Positions 1 through 5,795 of a DNA stretch of 16,030 bases are shown here, one piece after another; position 1 is the stretch's first letter, and every line of letters begins with the position of its first letter. A program made the position numbers and the translations under genes. The notes beneath the pieces are model-generated. The model worked only from the letters and a program-made list of their open reading frames with translations, was not told where the DNA came from and ran no database searches. The DNA is from Calditrichia bacterium. Its GTDB lineage: Bacteria; Calditrichota; Calditrichia; RBG-13-44-9; J075. The stretch spans positions 20,179 to 36,208 of the forward strand of contig JBOEGD010000047.1 in assembly GCA_050633245.1 (NCBI GenBank), read 5' to 3'.

Positions 1-23
1 TGCCTTACTGCCTTACTGCCTAC
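1..23. repeat. Short tandem repeat TGCCTTAC x2 + TGCCTAC, probably truncated by the window edge
   Basis: Read directly: tgccttac (1-8), tgccttac (9-16), tgcctac (17-23). Confidence 0.75.
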
Positions 24-28
24 CAGCA

Positions 29-53
29 TTCGACAAGCTCGGTGTGACAAAAA
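29..53. repeat. REP-like extragenic repeat, copy 1
   Basis: TTCGACAAGCTCGGTGTGACAAAAA lies 10 nt past the receptor stop codon. It is near-identical to 3132-3157 and resembles the TTCGAC..GCTC.G.GTGAC type of dispersed repeat familiar from Bacteroidota intergenic DNA. Confidence 0.6.
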
Positions 54-63
54 CAATACCCGA

Positions 64-2409
64 TCATTCTTCCTGCCCAAACGGAATTGCCACACGCAGA
101 ACGATATCTCGTCCCGGGTCATCTGCAAAATAGCGGTAGCGGCTTTGGTAACTTCGGTAGCTGGCATCGAGAATATTGCGCACGCTGATGCTGAAGCGCG
201 GCGTCGTGTTACCAATAGGCATTTCAGCCCCAAACTCCAGGTTATGCAGTACATAGCCATCTGGTGGATCCACAATATCCTGCCCGGCCGGGAACCGATC
301 CTGCCGTGCCACGAAATCGGTCTGGTAGCTAAGGAAAAGTTCATCCAAACCAAGAGCGGTTGGCAGGTGAAATTCGTGCATCAGTCGCATACGATTGGCC
401 GGCATGTAGATGAGCGGCTCATCCGCATCGAGATTATCTGCCAGAAGGAATGATCCGCGCAAGCCGACCTGATAGGTAAGAGTCGGATGAAAAAAGAACT
501 CCCCCTCGAATCCACGCAGACGGGCATTCGCCTGAGCATAATCGAATCCCGGAAAGGCACCGCGAATTGTTACGCAGAGGTTTTCTCTTGGTTGGAGGTA
601 GATGAAGTCGGTAATGGAATTATTGTAAGCACTGACGCTCAGCTGTATACGCTCACCCTCATGCCGAACAGAGATATCGGCACTAAGACTGCTCTCGGAC
701 GTTAAATTTTCATTGCCAAACTCACACTGGGCACTACCATGATGCAGTCCCTGGCTATAGAGCTCGTTAATTCCCGGCGGACGCCAGGCCGTGCCGATAT
801 TTGTTCCCAAAGACCAGCCCGCTCCCAGCTGGTAGTTTAGTCCGACAGCCCCGGACAGGTTTTGGTAGGTATTCGTGTCTTCTGTGACAGCCCCTACCCT
901 TTCGACAAATGCCTTCTGCCAGCGATACTGATAACGCGCTCCCGCTTCCAATGTCAGGTTACCAGTGGTCCATTTTTCCAAAGCAAACACTGCTGCATTG
1001 TAAGCGCGGAAATTTGGAATCAGCGAGCCGCTGCTCTGGCGGGCATTTCCCTGCCGGGAGAAACTAACCCCGAAGCTACCAAAGAAATTATTTGCCGGTG
1101 TGTGGCGAAACGTCAGATCACCTGAGTAGGTTGTCAGCTCTAAATCGAAGGCTGCCTCTTTCGGTGGTTCTGAAGAAAAACGGCTGTGCGCATCAAATTC
1201 CTGTCGGTGGTTCTGCTGCCAGCCATACTGCATTTCCAGCATACCCAAGTGTCCGATTCGCTGACCTGCAAAGACTGAAAGTAATCGATGCGAAATGGAC
1301 TGCTTCGGCGCATCAATTTCGTAGGAAAATGAATTAAGACGCGCCGGTTCCCCACGCTCCAGCGCACGTTCAAGGTCGTTTAATGTTCCGATATGCGCAC
1401 CACGAAAAATACCCAAATCGGTATTGAAATGGCTGTAATAAGCTCTGACACTTCCGCTCTCGCGCTGAAACCCTACCGTCGCAGCACCGCTAAACTCAGC
1501 AAAGCCGGTGTTGTTTAACACATAGCCCGGAGTTTGAGCATCTCCGGCACGTCGACTACTGCCCTGCATCCTCCAGCTCAAACCATTAAAGCGCTCCGTA
1601 CGTCCTTCAATTAATAGCGACGCTGCCCCCTGCCGGTTGTTTGAAAACCCATTCAGGTTAAACTTACCGGCAACTCCGTAAGAAGATCGTAGACGTTTTG
1701 GCGATAATTTGATAACGCCACCAATGGCGTTTGAGCCATATTGCACGGTTGCCGGGCCACGAAGCACTTCAATTTGAGCTGGTGCAAAAGGGTCAATCGC
1801 AGGGCCGTGATCCCCACCCCATTGCTGTCCTTCCTGCGCAACACCGGCATTCATAATAGTAATGCGCTGGCTGTGCAAACCGCGGATAACTGGCTTGGAA
1901 ACGGCGGGGCCCGTTTGCAGCACCGTTACACCGGCTACCTCTTTTAAGCCCTCAGCAAGCGTTTGTCCGCGAATGCGCTCCAGCTCTTTTTCGTTTAGAA
2001 CAGTCAGAGACTGCGAGCTTTCCTTCTCAAGATTGCGCTGACCAAAAGTTGTTTCTTCAATAATCTCAATAAGAATCGAGGTCAACTGAAAAACACGATC
2101 TTCCTCTCTGTCCGGAAAAATTTCGGCGAGGAGCGTTTCGTAGCCCAGATAAATAATCTCGATAGAGTCTGGAAGAAGTGATTGCAATTCCAACAGGAAT
2201 ACCCCATCCTCATCGGAGGTAGTACCGATAATCTGATTACTCGTGCGATTCCGACTGCTTTGAAGAACAATAGAAGCTCCAGGCAATCCTTTACCGGTAT
2301 CACCATCTATTACCTGTCCAGCATAGCGGGTTGAATTTTGTGCAAACAGAGACGCGCTCAGTAAAATGGCTATCAATAACCATCTTACCGGCTTCATAAA
2401 ACTATACAT
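64..2409 (-). CDS. TonB-dependent outer membrane receptor, probably for metal or metal-chelate uptake
   Basis: Signal peptide (MKPVRWLLIAILLSASLFA-Q), N-terminal carboxypeptidase-regulatory-like domain (GQVIDGDTGKGLPGASI), plug motifs (KPVIRGL, QEGQQWGGDHG, IEVLRGPATVQYGSNAIGGVI), beta-barrel ending in NILDASY...PGRD, and a His loop LYSQGLHHGS. Start moved from the ORF-track 2448 to ATG 2409, which has GGAGG 4 nt upstream. Confidence 0.92.
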   Translation of the reverse strand: MYSFMKPVRWLLIAILLSASLFAQNSTRYAGQVIDGDTGKGLPGASIVLQSSRNRTSNQIIGTTSDEDGVFLLELQSLLPDSIEIIYLGYETLLAEIFPDREEDRVFQLTSILIEIIEETTFGQRNLEKESSQSLTVLNEKELERIRGQTLAEGLKEVAGVTVLQTGPAVSKPVIRGLHSQRITIMNAGVAQEGQQWGGDHGPAIDPFAPAQIEVLRGPATVQYGSNAIGGVIKLSPKRLRSSYGVAGKFNLNGFSNNRQGAASLLIEGRTERFNGLSWRMQGSSRRAGDAQTPGYVLNNTGFAEFSGAATVGFQRESGSVRAYYSHFNTDLGIFRGAHIGTLNDLERALERGEPARLNSFSYEIDAPKQSISHRLLSVFAGQRIGHLGMLEMQYGWQQNHRQEFDAHSRFSSEPPKEAAFDLELTTYSGDLTFRHTPANNFFGSFGVSFSRQGNARQSSGSLIPNFRAYNAAVFALEKWTTGNLTLEAGARYQYRWQKAFVERVGAVTEDTNTYQNLSGAVGLNYQLGAGWSLGTNIGTAWRPPGINELYSQGLHHGSAQCEFGNENLTSESSLSADISVRHEGERIQLSVSAYNNSITDFIYLQPRENLCVTIRGAFPGFDYAQANARLRGFEGEFFFHPTLTYQVGLRGSFLLADNLDADEPLIYMPANRMRLMHEFHLPTALGLDELFLSYQTDFVARQDRFPAGQDIVDPPDGYVLHNLEFGAEMPIGNTTPRFSISVRNILDASYRSYQSRYRYFADDPGRDIVLRVAIPFGQEE

Positions 2410-2411
2410 AG

Positions 2412-2515
2412 ATCCTCCACGCCAATTATATATGGCGCAATCGTACAATTGCGTACAACAGCGATTAAATCGCAGTCAGCAATAATTAAAATAAATTAAA
2501 CGATTAGTGGAGAAT
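2412..2515 (-). promoter_or_regulatory. Putative translational-control leader: SD/anti-SD helix enclosing three small hairpins
   Basis: mRNA AUUCUCCAC (2515-2507) can pair with GUGGAGGAU (2420-2412, contains the SD) as 8 Watson-Crick pairs plus 1 G-U. Inverted repeats at 2420-2437, 2436-2453 and 2461-2473 lie between them. Confidence 0.55.
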
Positions 2516-2794
2516 AGTGGGTGGGGCCCGGGAGGCAGAGGCAGAGGCAAAAACATCCTCTGTAATAATAGAAACCGGCTCGTCAATCTCAATTGTGGGA
2601 TACTGGCAAGCAGGTGCGGTGTCAGAAGAAGTCATTAGAAACCCGGTTGCACTTTTCTGCACGATACAAATCGTACAATCGTGCTCATCCGCGCATTCAT
2701 AAACGTGCCAGGCAGCTAATGTCATACTGCTAAGCAGCAATACAACCAGCGCTGCTTTCAAGTAATTCAAAGATGTTAGTTGCTTGACGTTCAT
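2504..2794 (-). CDS. DUF2946/CruR-like upstream ORF with N-terminal hydrophobic segment, H-D-CxxC and C-terminal RAPP arrest motif
   Basis: 96 aa with hydrophobic AALVVLLLSSMTLAAW, then HVYECADEHDCTIC, a low-complexity linker, and SRAPP four residues before the stop. It lies directly upstream of, and co-oriented with, the TonB-dependent receptor. Confidence 0.8.
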   Translation of the reverse strand: MNVKQLTSLNYLKAALVVLLLSSMTLAAWHVYECADEHDCTICIVQKSATGFLMTSSDTAPACQYPTIEIDEPVSIITEDVFASASASRAPPTILH

Positions 2795-3117
2795 GAGCCT
2801 AATATAGTTATTTTTAATTCAAACGCTACAAAACTATAATTTTCTTCCTAAAAAGGCTAGAAAAAAAATTAGTTTATTTGATTTCACGCGCGATAATCAG
2901 ATTATTCCCTCGCCGTATGATTAACACCAAGATTATCATATTCCCGGAATCTCGGTTCTGTTTGTGTAGATTCACTTTATGGAGTTAGTTCTCATCCCGA
3001 AATAGGATGGTTAATAATGACATACACGTCGGTCAAAAAAACATTTTGATTTTATTGCCTTTTGTCATTATGTATGAGTTGCATGTTGAAGCTTTGGCTA
3101 TGCTTCACGGACAAAGA

Positions 3118-3157
3118 TGTCGTGCTGGCACTTCGGCTGCGCTCGGCGTGACAAAAA
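3118..3157. repeat. REP-like extragenic repeat, copy 2, within a degenerate hairpin
   Basis: TTCGGCTGCGCTCGGCGTGACAAAAA (3132-3157) aligns with 29-53. TGTCGTGCTG (3118-3127) pairs with CGGCGTGACA (3144-3153) using three G-T wobbles. Confidence 0.6.
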
Positions 3158-3229
3158 TAGAGATATAGACTTCTAACCGTAATTCGCATATGATGCTTAA
3201 CCATTCAATCAACCAAAGGAGGGGTTACT

Positions 3230-3847
3230 TTGCCTCTACGATACTCCCAATCAGCTCTTATTTGTGTGCTGTTGGCGATCACTGTTCTATTAGGCGGCTG
3301 CGGTGAGAAGTCCTCACCCGATGTCTCAGAAAACCTGCAATTTGATGTAAACCCCGAGTTGCTGGCAGCTGCTTATTCGGATGCCACGCATGGAATTTCC
3401 ATACATCCGCCTGCTCATTGGGAAAAAGCATCTGCTCCTTTATTCGAGGCGTTTAAAGATCGCCTGGCGCAGCAAATGATCAGCGACTCTCTCTATCGCT
3501 TGAGCCCGGTTCAACTTTTCGGAAGTTTCGAAGATGGCAGGATTTTAATTGTATCTGAAATTGAGAGCGCCACATCAGTTTCATCTCTGACAGAGTTTGC
3601 CAAGAGCTATAGAGCAGATCTAAATAATAAATTTCCCGGCGTTTCAATTCGCGAAACCAATTTCGCAATCAACGGCATTCCGGTCTTCCAGTATTTGCTA
3701 ATGCTGGATAAGATGGTTGCCTTTAAACTCGTTTTGGAATCGCCCGGTGGGAAACACCTGCAGCTGGATTACAGTATATCGCGTCAAAACTATGAAGGTC
3801 TTCTAAAAAGTATTGAAGCGTCAATCGGCTCGCTAAGAGCCCTATAA
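3230..3847 (+). CDS. Lipoprotein of unknown function, possibly PsbP/DcrB-like fold
   Basis: TTG start with strong SD AAGGAGG and lipobox LLGG-C. The motif YSDATHGISIHPPAHWEK resembles the Y-x-D...G-x-S-I-x-x-P-x-x-W start of PsbP/Mog1-like domains (fold call is inference). Confidence 0.75.
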   Translation: MPLRYSQSALICVLLAITVLLGGCGEKSSPDVSENLQFDVNPELLAAAYSDATHGISIHPPAHWEKASAPLFEAFKDRLAQQMISDSLYRLSPVQLFGSFEDGRILIVSEIESATSVSSLTEFAKSYRADLNNKFPGVSIRETNFAINGIPVFQYLLMLDKMVAFKLVLESPGGKHLQLDYSISRQNYEGLLKSIEASIGSLRAL

Positions 3848-3880
3848 AATAGTTAGTTTAATCTAAAAATGGAGAAACCC

Positions 3881-4177
3881 ATGTTAAAAAAGCTTACTAA
3901 TCTTTTGCTGGTAGTCTCAATGGTTACCCTTTGCGGTTGCTATGCGAATGTGCATACAGTCGGGAATGGTGGTAACTCGGCAAATAAGGTGGAAAAGAAA
4001 CAGTGGTATATTTTGTGGGGTCTTGTTCCGTTGAACGAAGTGGATTCTCAGGTAATGGCTGCTGGAGCGGAGAATTACACCATTAAAACTGAACATAAGT
4101 TTGTTGACATGTTGATTGGTGTAGTTACCGGTATTGTTACGATTCAGCCAAAGACAGTAACTGTTACCAAAGAATAA
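3881..4177 (+). CDS. Bor/Iss-like small lipoprotein
   Basis: Lipobox TLCG-C, motif WYILWGLVP and hydrophobic C-terminal hairpin FVDMLIGVVTGIVTIQPKTVTV typical of Bor-family proteins. ATG 3881 is preceded by GGAG; the ORF track starts at 3869. Confidence 0.75.
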   Translation: MLKKLTNLLLVVSMVTLCGCYANVHTVGNGGNSANKVEKKQWYILWGLVPLNEVDSQVMAAGAENYTIKTEHKFVDMLIGVVTGIVTIQPKTVTVTKE

Positions 4178-4225
4178 CCAGAACTTTATATACCACTCTT
4201 CACCAATTGTCATTGTCAGAGACAT

Positions 4226-4262
4226 AAAAAAGGGCGATCCCATTTACAGAGGATCGCCCTTT
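4226..4262. terminator. Bidirectional intrinsic terminator between convergent lipoprotein genes
   Basis: Perfect 12-bp stem AAAGGGCGATCC (4229-4240) / GGATCGCCCTTT (4251-4262) with a 10-nt loop, an A-run on the left and TTT on the right. Confidence 0.85.
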
Positions 4263-4312
4263 AAATATGATTGCAAACGAATCGCTCTTCACCCAGACTC
4301 GTTACAGCATTT

Positions 4313-5671
4313 CTATTCCCGGTGAAGTTTCTCTTTTTCTATATTCACTATTTGTTGAACTACCTCACCATGACTCATCGTTCTGTCTTTTTTGACTAAA
4401 GCTGACGTACGCGTCCCAATTATTCTATAGGCTTGATAGCGATGTGCCGGAGGTATCCCGTTTCCAATCAGCCAATACGTTAAGCCCTCCTCATATCCAT
4501 TCATCTCAGGCCATTCTTCAGCCGCAACTTCAAAGGGGGCCATTGCAGGAAACGTATCGATAATAGCCAGGTTCTGTAAAACGGAGTCGGGAATTAGGGG
4601 ACGTTCTAATACATTATTATTCCCGGATGCATACACTCGCCAGAATAATGTGCTGGTATTGTTCGATCCGGACCATGTTCCATTCAGCATATCTGCTTCA
4701 CCAGTATAGATAATGCTTTCTATTGAACTGTTGCTACTATTCACTTGAGCAGATACCGCACCACCGGGAACATTAAGCATATCGGGCACCTCTTCAGTGG
4801 CGATAAAATAATTAGATCTTGAATCAGTATCTCTTACGAATGTCACAATAAAAAACGATTCAACATCCAGTGAATCGGGATAAAAAACAAGGTAATCCGA
4901 TTTACCACCTTCCACTTCTTTGAAAGATGATCGCAGGGGCCAGCTTCCAACACTGCCCCGCTCACTAAAGCGTATAGAAACTGCTTCCACAGGTCGGGAT
5001 GTCATCATAGGTTTAGAGGCTAAAGGAATATTTGCAGTTACAGAATAACCATTTGTTGTACCTATTGTAAAATCGAGTCCCTTTTTGAGTCCATAATAGC
5101 CAACACCGGTAGCTTCATTATATCCTGCTCCGTATACAGACATTTTATTAAGTGAATCTAGATAGCGTACCGTAAACAGGTGATTGACATTATCATAACT
5201 TCCCGATTCGTAGTCACTCACGACCAGACTGGATCCGAGGCCACCGCTAAAAGCCTCTGTATAGTTTCCCCGTGGTAGATAGGTAAATACATGCGCCGTG
5301 CCCAGGGTATCTGAACTATAAAAACGTCTGATTGTCCAGTTGCCGGCAGGCGCGTTCCAAAACGTTGAAATAAAATAGCGAACTGGTTCTTCATCGGTTT
5401 GTCGCTCTATTATCGAGACCGTTACGGTCGAACTATCTACTAGGCCAAAGTCAAATGTTCCCTCTCCCTGCAAACTGCGACTATCAAGTATTTGCTGACC
5501 GTCGTTGGAATGTAAAATTGCCCAGGAGAGAATATCATCAGTCGGACCATCCAGAAATACAGACAGTGAGTACTCTTCCGGTTCGGGCTCGGGAGTGTTT
5601 ACATTTGTTTGATCTTCCGAACACCCAACAAATAGTAGAATGGCAATAACAAGCAGCATCGGATACTTCAC
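4313..5671 (-). CDS. Hypothetical beta-rich lipoprotein (about 450 aa)
   Basis: Long ORF. GTG at 5671 gives MKYPMLLVIAILLFVG-C (lipobox) with AAAGGGGA upstream; the alternative ATG at 5695 has AAGGA. A PEPEPE linker follows the Cys, then a Ser/Thr/Gly/aromatic-rich mature part. The ORF-track start at 5743 falls inside the pnp terminator. Confidence 0.75.
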   Translation of the reverse strand: MKYPMLLVIAILLFVGCSEDQTNVNTPEPEPEEYSLSVFLDGPTDDILSWAILHSNDGQQILDSRSLQGEGTFDFGLVDSSTVTVSIIERQTDEEPVRYFISTFWNAPAGNWTIRRFYSSDTLGTAHVFTYLPRGNYTEAFSGGLGSSLVVSDYESGSYDNVNHLFTVRYLDSLNKMSVYGAGYNEATGVGYYGLKKGLDFTIGTTNGYSVTANIPLASKPMMTSRPVEAVSIRFSERGSVGSWPLRSSFKEVEGGKSDYLVFYPDSLDVESFFIVTFVRDTDSRSNYFIATEEVPDMLNVPGGAVSAQVNSSNSSIESIIYTGEADMLNGTWSGSNNTSTLFWRVYASGNNNVLERPLIPDSVLQNLAIIDTFPAMAPFEVAAEEWPEMNGYEEGLTYWLIGNGIPPAHRYQAYRIIGTRTSALVKKDRTMSHGEVVQQIVNIEKEKLHRE

Positions 5672-5741
5672 TATTTTCCCCTTTGGATTTATCATGTATT
5701 CCTTCGAAGTTGTAAAATGCTGAATGGTTTCCGCTTTACCC

Positions 5742-5774
5742 AAAAAAAAAGACCCCGCCAGGGCGAGGTCTTTT
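5742..5774 (-). terminator. Intrinsic terminator of pnp and the rimP operon
   Basis: Minus strand AAAAGACCTCGCC-CT-GGCGGGGTCTTTTTTTTT forms a GC-rich stem with one G-U pair and a 9-U tail, about 20 nt after the pnp stop. Confidence 0.9.
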
Positions 5775-5795
5775 AAATACTGCTATGTAGTAACG

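Noticed and set aside
145-2306. Small ORFs on both strands within the TonB-dependent receptor
   Set aside because: Nested in an intact 781-codon gene, without start signals or motifs.
2531-2548. GCCTCT x3 microrepeat (ASASAS) ending in CCTCC as an alternative anti-SD or phase-variable tract
   Set aside because: The unit is in frame and only three copies long. Its pairing to the SD is shorter than the 9-nt helix at 2507-2515, so it was not called separately.
3070-3168. 32-codon plus-strand ORF (MYELHVEALAMLHGQRCRAG...) in the intergenic region
   Set aside because: No SD, and it runs through the REP-like repeat; likely chance.
3917-4243. 108-aa minus-strand ORF opposite the Bor-like gene
   Set aside because: It starts inside the terminator hairpin; the plus-strand ORF has an SD, a lipobox and a family motif.
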